Below are positions 1-10,125 of a stretch of DNA of 64,000 bases, piece after piece (position 1 is the first letter of the stretch; each line of letters begins with the position of its first letter). This DNA is from a virus. The notes under the pieces were generated by a model. That model had not been told where the DNA came from. It did no database searches and was given only the letters and a program-made list of their open reading frames with translations. The stretch lies in IMG/VR virus record IMGVR_UViG_3300042197_000370; one strand, 5' to 3'. The position numbers and the translations under genes are program-made.

Positions 1-1705
1 ATGCTTGACTTGGTGTATAAGTGATCATAGACCATGGGCCGTATTTTACACCATATGGTGTGCTACCAGCAGTAAATCCTGCAGTGCTCATTAAACCACT
101 TGAATTACCTTTGCTACCACCTGTTTGTATAATATCATTAATGATAATTACACCACCTTCAGTGTGACTAATTTGTAACGCACCTGAATCAGTTACGCTA
201 CATGTAGTGAAGGGCACACCTGCTGCTGACCATGCGGTAACGAAATCAGTAGCATCAGTGCTATCTGCTAAATTGAAAGTATATGTACTTGACAAAGCAT
301 TGCTGCCTGGTAATGATACTTGAATTAATGCAGTGTATGGGCCATTAGTGAAGTTAGGTGCAGTATTAGTACCTGTTACTACTGTTGGACCCTCTGCAAT
401 TCTTTCCCATAAGTAAACTGGGCCTTGATTATATTCACCATTAAAATTGTACTGTGCGTATATTGTGCCTGCAGGAATCGCTTCTCCGCCTGTTGCGTCT
501 AATGATGCAATAACTGCCCAATCACTCTGTGATAACGTAATTGTCTTTGGCAACCATGCTTTTGTTAAATCATTCCAAACAGACACTACTGGTAATAAAC
601 CACCGCCAGTGCTACCAACCTTAAACCAAACTGAACCAGTTGGTCTTGGGTAAGTTTGACTTGACTGCCATAATGGCTGCTGTGCTGAAGTACCATATGC
701 GAATCCAGGCTGATAATATGTGCCTGCAGTTACGCCTAAGTCTGCTAACAATGTACCTGTACCACTGACTGTTAAGTAGTAAGGAATTGTTGGATCAATA
801 CCGCCGTCTCCTGCTGTCTGCTTACTGAAAAGATTCATTTTTCCTGATTGTACGGAAGCAGATAGATATGTCCAACCCAATGCGTTAATATCATTTACAA
901 GAACTGACAACACGTTATTTGGTGAAGGCTGAACTGTAATAGTTGCATTGTTATCACCACTCATGTTGATAGTAATTGTATCACCAGGTGTTAATGTTGG
1001 GTTAGAATTAGTTGCTTGAACTGTTGGCCATGCACCTAACCATGAACCGCTTCCAACTGGAACCCAAGTATTGCTTGGTGTTTTATAGAAGAATTCAGTT
1101 GCCGTAACGTTTGATGGTCTTGCGGCGTCATTATACACTGTGTTAACAGCATAGTCACCGATCTGACCAAGTGATGCTACTGGAACACTACCTGCAATTA
1201 ATGCTGAATCACTAATTACGATAGGAGTTTGTACTACGAATTGACCTGTTGTTGCGTTGAATTCATAGATACCCCATGTAGATGTAGTAGTATCTAACCA
1301 ATATGTTCCGTCTGTTGGATCACCTGTTGGGCGACCTGTAGAACCAACTAAACTTGCTAAGTCAATGTCTGCTCTCATTGTATATACAGTATTGGTTGCA
1401 CCCAATGCTGAATATGCGGCAAGCAAACCATACTCGTTCAATTCGTAGCCCTGAATAGGAGTACCATTTGAAGTTGTATAGAAGAAAGGATTACCATACA
1501 ATGCAACCAAATCACGCTGACTTGTAACTCTGTAGAGTTTATTAGCGTTAGCCGCAGTTGTACCTGGTGCTACTCTAGTGCTTGTAGGGTCTGCCTTATT
1601 CTGCGCTGTTGCTAACAGAATGAATGGAATTGAGTTTGTTGGCGCTGGAAGATATTGAGCTTGGTCAACGATTGTTACTTCTACGCCAGGAGATGCTAGT
1701 GCCAT
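1..1705 (-). CDS. Tail sheath protein (T4 gp18-like), N-terminal part; runs off the left window edge
   Basis: Hand-translated from ATG at 1705: MALASPGVEVTIVDQAQYLPAPTNSIPFILLATAQ...VTSQRDLVALYGNPFFY...ELNEYGLLAAYSALG. The SPGVxV start is typical of contractile sheath proteins. The frame is open at the window edge; it is absent from the ORF track because there is no stop in the window. Confidence 0.85.
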   Translation of the reverse strand, partial: MALASPGVEVTIVDQAQYLPAPTNSIPFILLATAQNKADPTSTRVAPGTTAANANKLYRVTSQRDLVALYGNPFFYTTSNGTPIQGYELNEYGLLAAYSALGATNTVYTMRADIDLASLVGSTGRPTGDPTDGTYWLDTTTSTWGIYEFNATTGQFVVQTPIVISDSALIAGSVPVASLGQIGDYAVNTVYNDAARPSNVTATEFFYKTPSNTWVPVGSGSWLGAWPTVQATNSNPTLTPGDTITINMSGDNNATITVQPSPNNVLSVLVNDINALGWTYLSASVQSGKMNLFSKQTAGDGGIDPTIPYYLTVSGTGTLLADLGVTAGTYYQPGFAYGTSAQQPLWQSSQTYPRPTGSVWFKVGSTGGGLLPVVSVWNDLTKAWLPKTITLSQSDWAVIASLDATGGEAIPAGTIYAQYNFNGEYNQGPVYLWERIAEGPTVVTGTNTAPNFTNGPYTALIQVSLPGSNALSSTYTFNLADSTDATDFVTAWSAAGVPFTTCSVTDSGALQISHTEGGVIIINDIIQTGGSKGNSSGLMSTAGFTAGSTPYGVKYGPWSMITYTPSQA

Positions 1706-1760
1706 GTTATGTTTCCTTTATTGTAAAATTATGAGGTTTACCACCTGTGTTACATATTAT

Positions 1761-1767
1761 TATTTAT
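1761..1767 (-). promoter_or_regulatory. T4-late-like promoter ATAAATA (representative of a recurrent motif)
   Basis: ATAAATA lies shortly upstream of the sheath gene. The same heptamer precedes structural or late genes at 3657-3663, 7001-7007(+), 11953-11959, 16780-16786, 19740-19746, 21166-21172, 27234-27240, 44657-44663, 48354-48360, 50676-50682, 53031-53037, 54096-54102 and 61779-61785. It resembles the T4 late consensus TATAAATA. Confidence 0.7.
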
Positions 1768-1821
1768 AAAAATAACCAAAAAACTATGGATTACCATGCC
1801 TTCGAAGGTTATAAATACTTC

Positions 1822-2175
1822 ATGTCTATTAAAAGACCTATATGCAAATCTTGTAATAAAAATCCATGTGCAATTAACTACGTCCGTGTAGGAATCACAC
1901 ATTATAGAAGTATCTGCGACCAATGCGGAAGGAAGAAAACAAAACAAAAGCCCCGCATCTTCAACTGGGAAAAGGCGGGGTATAAGAAAAAACCCACATG
2001 TGATATATGTGGGTTTAAAAGTCTATATCCAACTCAGATGACAGTTTTCCATATAGACGGAAATCTGAAAAACGTTGAATATAGTAATCTACGTAGTATC
2101 TGTTTGAACTGCGTAGAGGTAGTGAAAAAGAGAGAAGTTACTTGGAAACGCGGGGATTTACAGGTTGATTATTGA
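1822..2175 (+). CDS. HNH endonuclease-like protein with Cys zinc fingers
   Basis: CxxC pairs plus HIDGNLKNVEYSNLRSICLNC (HNH-type motif). Start at 1822 preferred over the track GTG at 1747. Confidence 0.7.
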   Translation: MSIKRPICKSCNKNPCAINYVRVGITHYRSICDQCGRKKTKQKPRIFNWEKAGYKKKPTCDICGFKSLYPTQMTVFHIDGNLKNVEYSNLRSICLNCVEVVKKREVTWKRGDLQVDY

Positions 2176-2790
2176 ATCAATCTTCCTGTGCAAATCATCA
2201 ATAGTTCCGTTATTATCAATATAATGGTCGTACTCTAATCCTACGCTACTATATTCACTAGCATGTACACTGTGCTGTTCTAAAGTTTCCATTGCACTTT
2301 TATAGCCGGGGCTGTAATATCCTTTAGAAAATTCTATGGCAGCATCGTACCATATAGGATTGCTACCCCTCAAAACTCTAATAGTGATTCCACCAGATCG
2401 TTTAATAGACTTCAATTCGTTAGGAAATCTACAGTCACTAATGACCACGTTGTTTCGTATTCCGCGCAACTGATGTTCTACACTAGCAATCCATATATCG
2501 TCATGGAACGCTCTACGACCTACTTCGGTACCCCATTGTTGCAACACCCATCGTGGTGTAAGATGTTTAATTCCCAATCGTTCTGACCACCAAGGGTCAA
2601 CTTGATCGCGCCACTCTCGGCTATACCTAGAATTACCTTCTAATAATTCACGATCCCAATTAAAGATTGACGCAACTGCATCTTTGAGCGGTCCTGCATA
2701 ACTCATTTTTTGGAACCCTTTGAATCTAATAAGATAGTCAGCAACCGTGTCCTTACCACTACCGATAAATCCTGAAATTCCTATGATCAT
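2158..2790 (-). CDS. Deoxynucleoside monophosphate kinase (T4 gp1-like)
   Basis: MIIGISGFIGSGKDT P-loop; TPRWVLQQWGTEVGR and VVISDCRFPNE motifs; sigma70-like TTGCTT-N17-TATAAT upstream. Confidence 0.9.
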   Translation of the reverse strand: MIIGISGFIGSGKDTVADYLIRFKGFQKMSYAGPLKDAVASIFNWDRELLEGNSRYSREWRDQVDPWWSERLGIKHLTPRWVLQQWGTEVGRRAFHDDIWIASVEHQLRGIRNNVVISDCRFPNELKSIKRSGGITIRVLRGSNPIWYDAAIEFSKGYYSPGYKSAMETLEQHSVHASEYSSVGLEYDHYIDNNGTIDDLHRKIDSIINL

Positions 2791-2849
2791 AATGTCTCCA
2801 GTTAATATTACTATTATACTGGAATTTTAAAATAAAAGCAAGAAGTATT

Positions 2850-3635
2850 TTACCCTTGTACCCAAGTCAATGGTTGACTGTAATCTACATAACGTTTTAA
2901 TTCGTCAATGAGTCTTTCCATATCTGCTTTAGATTCTGCTTTCATAGCGGCGCCGTTCAAACTTGTGCCGCCACTTGGACCCGCAATCGTTGCAAACTTT
3001 TCACGTGCTTCACCAATAATACCTTTTAACACTGCAAATGTGTAATCGCCAATCCAAACACCTGCACCCGGATCTTGTAATAATTGCTCAACTGGTCTTT
3101 GAACGTCTGCCCAAATAAGAATGCGCTCACCACTTCCTTTGAAGTCACGCACAACTTTTAATACTTTTGTAACAGGGTTAAACGTATAAATCAAATATCC
3201 ACCGAACATACGTGCAGCCAATTCAACATAACCTGCATAGAAGTCATATGTTGCCATGCCACCTGTATAGTTATAGTTTAGCAAGTATGTGTTAAGAATA
3301 GCACTACTGAATGGATCAAAACTAGTTGAACTTGGACCAGTTTCAAGACCTACTGTTCTACGAAATACACTACGGACATTGATAAACTCACTGGGTAATG
3401 TATAAGTGTCGATATTCTTTTCAACGGTCATTAATGTGTAGGACTCTACCGTAGCATTTTGCGCACGTTGTCTATACACACGAATAGCATAATTAAATGC
3501 GGCTTCGTAATGTTCCGGATCTAATTCAATGTCAATAATACCGTCACCTAGACGATATTTTAAATTGTCAAACAATCCTTGTTTGAGTTCAGTTAACGTT
3601 AAATTAGTGGGTGTTGATAAGATATCTGTTGGCAT
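2850..3635 (-). CDS. Neck/head-completion protein (T4 gp13-like)
   Basis: YRLGDGIIDIELDPEHY N-terminus; IGEAREKFATIAGPSGGTSLNG C-terminal motif of gp13-like proteins; late promoter upstream. Confidence 0.7.
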   Translation of the reverse strand: MPTDILSTPTNLTLTELKQGLFDNLKYRLGDGIIDIELDPEHYEAAFNYAIRVYRQRAQNATVESYTLMTVEKNIDTYTLPSEFINVRSVFRRTVGLETGPSSTSFDPFSSAILNTYLLNYNYTGGMATYDFYAGYVELAARMFGGYLIYTFNPVTKVLKVVRDFKGSGERILIWADVQRPVEQLLQDPGAGVWIGDYTFAVLKGIIGEAREKFATIAGPSGGTSLNGAAMKAESKADMERLIDELKRYVDYSQPLTWVQG

Positions 3636-3662
3636 AATATTTCCCGATATTATGCTTATTTA

Positions 3663-4112
3663 TCAGAGGTCTCCGGCTTTACGATTCTCACTATAGAATG
3701 CATCAAACTCTCCGCCCGGATATCGTGATTTAAGTTTGTTAACATTTTCAGCAATAACATCGTTTGGGTCTAACTGCAATGCACGACAAGCATTGATCCA
3801 GTACCACATAATGTCGCCTAATTCACGTTTCATGTGGAATACGTTTTCTTCATTGAGTGGCTTGCCCTGAAAGAAAATCTTTTTAATGATTTCTTGGAAC
3901 TCGCCACCCTCACTACCCAATCCCAATCCAGCAGTTAGTAACAATGGCACATTGATGTTAGGACCATGCATGTACTCACCGTCGCTTCCATATGCCTCGT
4001 AATTTCCATCTAATCTGTCTAGTCTATTCATAAAACTAGTAAGGTCATTACTTTCCTTACTAGTGACGGCTTCTACGAATTCCTGATACTTGTGTAAATC
4101 TATCTGTTTCAT
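3663..4112 (-). CDS. MazG-like NTP pyrophosphohydrolase
   Basis: GLGSEGGEFQEIIKK...KRELGDIMWY...NVNKLKSRYP all-alpha NTP-PPase motif. Confidence 0.88.
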   Translation of the reverse strand: MKQIDLHKYQEFVEAVTSKESNDLTSFMNRLDRLDGNYEAYGSDGEYMHGPNINVPLLLTAGLGLGSEGGEFQEIIKKIFFQGKPLNEENVFHMKRELGDIMWYWINACRALQLDPNDVIAENVNKLKSRYPGGEFDAFYSENRKAGDL

Positions 4113-4864
4113 TGTGTCTCCATTATGTAATTGTAAAGTTCTTCAGCATAAAGTCTATGCGGTTCAACACCATGATGACCGTATATAGCCTTAGGATTTC
4201 TGTATGAGTTGTATTCAGAATCCTTATACTTTGTGTAAAAAGATTCTTTATTATTAAATACCTTATAATAATGTTTCTTATCTATAATATTAAAATAAGA
4301 TTTCAAATATTTTTCGTTAGATTCTGAAAACATGTGCATTGTGTTTATCATTAGGTATTTCACACCCAAATGTTTTAAGAAAAATTGCATTTGTAATACA
4401 AGATTAACACTGTACAATTCAAAAAATTCTGTTCTCTTAATTATAAAGGATTGATAATCCTCTTGTATATCTTTTTCTCGCTCAGTGTAACCCTTAAATG
4501 AAAGATTAATGTGCAGAAAATTAGACATAGATGGTGATATCCAATCTGCAAATTTTCCAACAACCTTATTATACCACGTGGGGTATTGAAATGGTGCATC
4601 TACTCTAGTAGATTCAGTCCATCCTATCAGTACAAACACTTCTTTATCTGTTATGTCATGATTTTGAAACCAATCGAGGACACTCCGAGCGATTGCGCCA
4701 TTTGTGCTTCCACCAATTGCTAAGTTGATAGGTCTATATCCTAACTTTTTTGCTAAGACATTTCCATAACTTAAACTACGATTCATCGCACTATCTAATT
4801 CACCATCAATTTCACTGCCGGCTGTATGACTACAGCCAGCAATTATCATTATTTTTTCTGACAT
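4109..4864 (-). CDS. SGNH/GDSL-hydrolase-like protein (GCS variant)
   Basis: IIAGCSHTAG (block I), NLAIGGSTNGAI (block II), HHGVEPH (block V-like). Confidence 0.6.
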   Translation of the reverse strand: MSEKIMIIAGCSHTAGSEIDGELDSAMNRSLSYGNVLAKKLGYRPINLAIGGSTNGAIARSVLDWFQNHDITDKEVFVLIGWTESTRVDAPFQYPTWYNKVVGKFADWISPSMSNFLHINLSFKGYTEREKDIQEDYQSFIIKRTEFFELYSVNLVLQMQFFLKHLGVKYLMINTMHMFSESNEKYLKSYFNIIDKKHYYKVFNNKESFYTKYKDSEYNSYRNPKAIYGHHGVEPHRLYAEELYNYIMETQ

Positions 4865-4893
4865 TAAAACGCCTTAAGAATAATCAGAATCCG

Positions 4894-5049
4894 TCATTTA
4901 TATTTCACTCCTAATGTGTCACATATCGCCATATATAGTATGAGACATGTGCCAAAAACAATATATGTTACTAAAGCAGGTAATACCCATATAGGCCAAG
5001 TGACCACAATAATACCTGCTAAGATTTTCTTTTTAGTATTATAATTCAT
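4894..5049 (-). CDS. Small membrane protein (51 aa), not in ORF track
   Basis: Hand-translated MNYNTKKKILAGIIVVTWPIWVLPALVTYIVFGTCLILYMAICDTLGVKYK; ATG overlaps the upstream TAA (TAATG). Confidence 0.65.
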   Translation of the reverse strand: MNYNTKKKILAGIIVVTWPIWVLPALVTYIVFGTCLILYMAICDTLGVKYK

Positions 5050-6242
5050 TAGAATGCCTTTAAAATAATCATACCTGCATTGAACCTACCATTAGGTGTA
5101 GTGCTTACAGCCTTGATATCCTTGAAGTACTTACGTGCCACAGGCTTACTTCCCATCAATTGCTTGATTTGTTCATTGGGCTTGCGTAGAGTTTTAACTT
5201 CACTTTGCTTTTGATCAAAGCCAAGCAATGTGTTACCCTTGACACCGAAAGACTTAGCGTATTCATCGGCAATGTAGTGATGCATCTTACGTTTGGCAGT
5301 ATCATAAACCCATGCTTCACTAGCACCATATAACTTAGTTGCAGGAAGTCCAACAAGATCCAACTTAGTTGCTTCATCCTTAAATACTTTGAGATACTTA
5401 AGTTTGCTAACCTGCTTCTCTACACTAACAGGCTTCTTAGCACGTGGAGTTTTTGCAGACTTCTTGACACTTACGTAACCATTTAAGTCAGCAATGACCT
5501 TATCAATAAACAACAGAATATTTTTGACTTGTGTTTTACTGAAACGTGCATATGCTTCGTTCAATTGTGCATCTTTACCTTTTTGCAATTCAAGGTATTC
5601 TTCTTGTCGTTTCTTCCAAGGCTCAATTAAAATATTGATATGCTGTGGTAAAACACTTTTCTTACTGAGTTCTTCCATAACACGGACGTTGAATTCTTTC
5701 TTTGCACCATCAAGGATATAGTCATCATAGATGCCTTCTAGTTCACCGCCTGCCTCACGTGCCCGATCTTTCATAATCTCTTGCACATTGGGTCGATTAC
5801 TAACAACTGCTTCTTTCTTTGAGCCAGTCATACTATTTTTTGGATATAGTTCATTGGCTTTATTAATAAGACGTTGTGCCTCAGATAAAATCTGACTTTG
5901 CTCTTTTTCATTAAGAATAAGACCCCGCAATGCCATACGTGCTACCCAACCATATGACATAACATATTCACTATCTGGAATCTTACCAATCTTTTTAACT
6001 AGATCACTTTTACCCGATTGTTCCAAATAGTTAATCATAAACTCTTTGGCTTCTTTCTTACCATAGAATCGATTATACCAAGTCAATCCTGCCATTAATG
6101 CAATCTTGTGATTTTCGGGCTGTTCTAGGAATTTGGGTTCAAATCCAAAATACTTAGTATCTGGATCCCTAGGATTCAAGTCTTTGGGCATAACAAAAGT
6201 TGGCTCAGTAGCAACAGTTTGGGCTTTCTTTACACGGGGCAT
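5049..6242 (-). CDS. Conserved phage hypothetical protein
   Basis: Long ORF; ATG at 6242 follows a GGAG RBS; TTGACT(6296-6301)-N17-TATAAT(6273-6278) promoter. Confidence 0.75.
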   Translation of the reverse strand: MPRVKKAQTVATEPTFVMPKDLNPRDPDTKYFGFEPKFLEQPENHKIALMAGLTWYNRFYGKKEAKEFMINYLEQSGKSDLVKKIGKIPDSEYVMSYGWVARMALRGLILNEKEQSQILSEAQRLINKANELYPKNSMTGSKKEAVVSNRPNVQEIMKDRAREAGGELEGIYDDYILDGAKKEFNVRVMEELSKKSVLPQHINILIEPWKKRQEEYLELQKGKDAQLNEAYARFSKTQVKNILLFIDKVIADLNGYVSVKKSAKTPRAKKPVSVEKQVSKLKYLKVFKDEATKLDLVGLPATKLYGASEAWVYDTAKRKMHHYIADEYAKSFGVKGNTLLGFDQKQSEVKTLRKPNEQIKQLMGSKPVARKYFKDIKAVSTTPNGRFNAGMIILKAF

Positions 6243-6297
6243 GGAATTCTCCAATAATCAATCATATTCAGTATTATATAGTGTTTGGGCTTAAAAG

Positions 6298-6987
6298 TCA
6301 ATAGATATGGGCAAGAATTTTAGAGTACCAAATTTGGTGTAATAAGCGCCCATTACTCGGTATTACTACATCATAGTTCATTTGGAAAAAATTTTGGGCA
6401 TATTCAAATCCATTAGGGGTTATGAATTTTTCGGTATCAAATTGGATAACTTTACGCAAGTTTTCATGCCTGTGTTTATAGCAGTTAAATCCTTTACTAG
6501 AAATAATAACATCGGGGTCATAAAAGGTTTTGTATTTTGACATTGGAATATCAGCAGAGTTACCATTGTCTATTGATTCCCCGTACCTATAAGGATAAAA
6601 TCTTTTATAAGCGATTGAATTTTCATCGGGAAAGGTGAAAACAACTATGTCCCTAAAACTCCAATTAGTGAATATGTCATATGGTGAATCAAATTGAATG
6701 AAATTATAGTATTCTATTACATGTGAGCAGATAATTGGTATGCCGGGTTGGCTTTTGAGTTCCTCTAGAGAATTTGGATAAACAAAAGTCCTTAAATTTT
6801 CTAATGAACCAACATGATGATTGAACGTTGCATAAGCATACTTTTCAAGTAAACCTTTCATATAATCATCTGCTTGTATTCTTTTTTGAAATCGATTATC
6901 TAACGATAACAAGTTAGCCAAATGGTTTCCTCCGCATCCCGGGGGAAATAAAAGGATCAATATACTATCAGAGTTATTCGGAATCAT
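6298..6987 (-). CDS. Hypothetical protein, GGNH paralog 1 (possible sulfotransferase/P-loop-like fold)
   Basis: FPPGCGGNHLANLLSL N-terminal motif and LHQIWY C-terminal motif shared with 48357-49028 and 50679-51350. Confidence 0.6.
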   Translation of the reverse strand: MIPNNSDSILILLFPPGCGGNHLANLLSLDNRFQKRIQADDYMKGLLEKYAYATFNHHVGSLENLRTFVYPNSLEELKSQPGIPIICSHVIEYYNFIQFDSPYDIFTNWSFRDIVVFTFPDENSIAYKRFYPYRYGESIDNGNSADIPMSKYKTFYDPDVIISSKGFNCYKHRHENLRKVIQFDTEKFITPNGFEYAQNFFQMNYDVVIPSNGRLLHQIWYSKILAHIY

Positions 6988-7012
6988 AGATATATTTACG
7001 ATAAATACATGT

Positions 7013-8728
7013 ATGCCAAGATTATCCCTATACCGCCCAAATAAGACGAATGACTACAATTATCTAGACAAAACAGTGTCAGAAATGCTTACGGCTGGCG
7101 GCACGGATTTGTATATTCACAAGTATCTAGGACCTAATGCAAAGACTCCTAGTGTGGATTACACTCAACCTCAATATGATAAACTTGAGCCTACAAATAT
7201 ACAGGATTTGCTATTTTTAGAAAATAGAGATAGAGTATATGACCCAAACATATATCGTTTACGTGGGCATTACAATGTACAAAATTTAGACTTTGATTTA
7301 AGTCAGTTTGGACTTTTCCTACAAAATGACATTATATTCATCACTGTTCATTACAACGATATGATTGATATCGTAGGACGTAAATTAATGGTAGGTGATG
7401 TTATTGAACTACCTCACTTGCTAGATTACAATCCACTAAAGGAAACAATACCTGTTGCATTGAAACGTTTTATGCAGGTTACAGATGCGAACTATGCAAG
7501 TGAAGGTTTCAGTCAAACATGGTTCCCACATCTATGGCGTATCAAATGCGAACCATTAGTAGACAGTCAAGAATTTAGTCAAATACTTACTGAGCCAATC
7601 AATAAAGATAATTATCTTGGTATATGGGATAAAGATAAAACATATCCCCCGGGTTATGTTATTTCGTTTGGTGATAAAAACTACGAATCAATAAAAGAAG
7701 TTCCTGCAGGAATAAGTCCACCAAATGCAGAATACTGGAAACTTGATACTAATCAAGACCTTAAAGATATACTTGGTACATACAATAAGAATCTACAAAT
7801 CAATGATGCTAACCTTAAAGAAGCAAAACGCATTGTTCCAAAATCAGGTTACAGTCAAAACGATTTGTATATTGTACCTACATATGGTGCATATGAATCT
7901 GACGGTGTGTTGTCTAAGAAAGACGGACAGCCTGCGCCACCTTATAATATTGTAACTAGTTCTAAGGGCGCCCCAAGCACTACAACTGGTGCAGTTGTAA
8001 TGATGCGCAATCCTAAATACAAGAACCCTAGTTCAGGTATTAGAATTAGTAAACAAGCACTTAAGAGTATTTGGGATTTGACTGCGGATAGTGATCTATC
8101 TGAAAAGATTGATAAGTTTGTACAAGCGCAACTAGAAACAGTAGAGTTGCCACCAGAAAGAACCGATACTGGTTCAGGTCCTGTTAGTGGAACCAAAGCA
8201 CTTCTAGTGCAATCGTTAGGTGTAATCACTGGTCCATATGGTACTGCTGACAACACATATGCAACCGCAGACCAAGACCCAACTCAACCCGGATTCACTG
8301 GAACAATCAGTACTGAAATGGACTTTAGAGCAGACTGTGATCCAAGATTCCAATACATAACAAGATACACCCCGCAAACGTTTGGTTACATTGCTGGATA
8401 TTTAACAGGCGATGGTCAAGCACCTAATGGATTACCAACTGGTGCTGGTATTAGTTTCCCACAGAATCCTCAAGTAGGAGACTACTTCTTACGTATTGAT
8501 TACTTCCCGCAAATATTATTCCGTTGGGACGGACAAATTTGGGTTAGAATTAGCGAAAACGTTAGAACAGACACTGGCTTCACAGTAGATGACAGATCAT
8601 TGGTATCAGGATTTGTTAATAACGAAAATCAAATCTATCTAAATAACACTAGTGAGTTTGTTCCTGAAGCACAACCGTTATCTAGTGTGTTACAACCTGC
8701 TCCCGATATCATACCACCTGAACTATAA
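7013..8728 (+). CDS. Neck/head-completion protein (T4 gp14-like), extended
   Basis: LDFDLSQFGLFLQNDIIFIT and LMVGDVIELPH motifs; lies directly before the gp15-like gene; late promoter at 7001-7007. Confidence 0.6.
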   Translation: MPRLSLYRPNKTNDYNYLDKTVSEMLTAGGTDLYIHKYLGPNAKTPSVDYTQPQYDKLEPTNIQDLLFLENRDRVYDPNIYRLRGHYNVQNLDFDLSQFGLFLQNDIIFITVHYNDMIDIVGRKLMVGDVIELPHLLDYNPLKETIPVALKRFMQVTDANYASEGFSQTWFPHLWRIKCEPLVDSQEFSQILTEPINKDNYLGIWDKDKTYPPGYVISFGDKNYESIKEVPAGISPPNAEYWKLDTNQDLKDILGTYNKNLQINDANLKEAKRIVPKSGYSQNDLYIVPTYGAYESDGVLSKKDGQPAPPYNIVTSSKGAPSTTTGAVVMMRNPKYKNPSSGIRISKQALKSIWDLTADSDLSEKIDKFVQAQLETVELPPERTDTGSGPVSGTKALLVQSLGVITGPYGTADNTYATADQDPTQPGFTGTISTEMDFRADCDPRFQYITRYTPQTFGYIAGYLTGDGQAPNGLPTGAGISFPQNPQVGDYFLRIDYFPQILFRWDGQIWVRISENVRTDTGFTVDDRSLVSGFVNNENQIYLNNTSEFVPEAQPLSSVLQPAPDIIPPEL

Positions 8729-8730
8729 AT

Positions 8731-10107
8731 ATGGCACAATTTTTTTACGACAATCAGATACGCAGATTTTTAATTCAATTTGCAAAAATATTCAGCAATT
8801 GGTATGTAACTAAGGGCAAAGACCCTAACGGCAATGATATATTAATTCGTGTTCCAGTAATGTATGGTGATAGCAGTAGACAAGCATCAACCATCATTGC
8901 TAATAATAGTGCAAGTAATTTACCAAGTGCGCCATTGATTACGTATTACATAACAGCACTAGAATACGACCAAAGACGTTTGCAGGATCCTACATTCGTA
9001 GAAAAACTACAAGTACGCCAACGTCAATATGACCCTGACACAGGAACATATGACACTACACAAAGTCAAGCATTTACGATTGAACGCTTGATGCCTGCAC
9101 CGTATACGTTAAGAGTTACTGTAGACTTTTGGACTACGAACTATAATCAAAAATTAGAAATTATCGAACAGTTGGGTGCTATATTCAACCCAGCACTTGA
9201 AATACAAAGCACAGATAACTTTATTGACTGGACTTCACTAAGTGTAGTATTCCAAGATGGACTGACATTTACTAGCAGAACTATCCCACAAGGTACAGGT
9301 AACCCAATCGATGTTATGACATGGAAGTTCTATATGCCTATATGGATTAGTACTTCAGTCAAACTTAAGAAAATGGGCGTTATTCATAAAGTTATCGCTA
9401 GCATATTCAAAGGTAAAGCATACCAAGATATACAAGATGATGATTTATTATTAGGTACACGACAAAAGATTACTCCATTTGGATACAAAGTATTGTTGAT
9501 AGGTAACACATTACAGTTATTACCACAGAATGAAGCATTCTATCCACCTAATACTAATTTAGATAATCCTCCCCCACCCAACACAGATTTGTATTGGAGT
9601 AGTTTATTAAACACGTATGGTAAAGTAAAGCCGGGAGTAAGTCAAATATGGTTGCAAAATCCATATATGGAAGATGATATCGTTGGTACTATAGTTCCTG
9701 ATCCATTAGATGACAGACTATTAATTTATAACATTGACCCTGATACACTTCCTCAAAACACTCTTTCGCCAGTTAACAGTGTTATAAACCCATTACTAAC
9801 TGGACCTAATGCAGGTTTGCCGGGCCCAAATAACGGGGTAAGATATTTGTTAGTTGACAGAATAGGAACTGATGGTACTAATACAATTGCATGGGGTAAC
9901 TTAGTTGCTAATGCAAACGACATTGTAGAATACAATGGCAGCACTGGTCAGTGGGAAGTTTCTTTTGATAGTCAAGCATCTACAACTGTAGAATATGTCA
10001 CGAATTTAACTACCGGTATTCAATATCGCTATGTTAACACAGAAGGACAGTGGATGAAATCATACGAAGGTTGGTATGATCAGGGAGATTATTCTATAGT
10101 GATTTAA
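8731..10107 (+). CDS. Tail completion/sheath terminator protein (T4 gp15-like)
   Basis: MAQFFYDNQIRRFLIQFAKIFSN, IRVPVMYG, MPAPYTL and QKLEIIEQLGAIFNP motifs. Confidence 0.75.
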   Translation: MAQFFYDNQIRRFLIQFAKIFSNWYVTKGKDPNGNDILIRVPVMYGDSSRQASTIIANNSASNLPSAPLITYYITALEYDQRRLQDPTFVEKLQVRQRQYDPDTGTYDTTQSQAFTIERLMPAPYTLRVTVDFWTTNYNQKLEIIEQLGAIFNPALEIQSTDNFIDWTSLSVVFQDGLTFTSRTIPQGTGNPIDVMTWKFYMPIWISTSVKLKKMGVIHKVIASIFKGKAYQDIQDDDLLLGTRQKITPFGYKVLLIGNTLQLLPQNEAFYPPNTNLDNPPPPNTDLYWSSLLNTYGKVKPGVSQIWLQNPYMEDDIVGTIVPDPLDDRLLIYNIDPDTLPQNTLSPVNSVINPLLTGPNAGLPGPNNGVRYLLVDRIGTDGTNTIAWGNLVANANDIVEYNGSTGQWEVSFDSQASTTVEYVTNLTTGIQYRYVNTEGQWMKSYEGWYDQGDYSIVI

Positions 10108-10125
10108 TTTAAGATAAATCATTAT

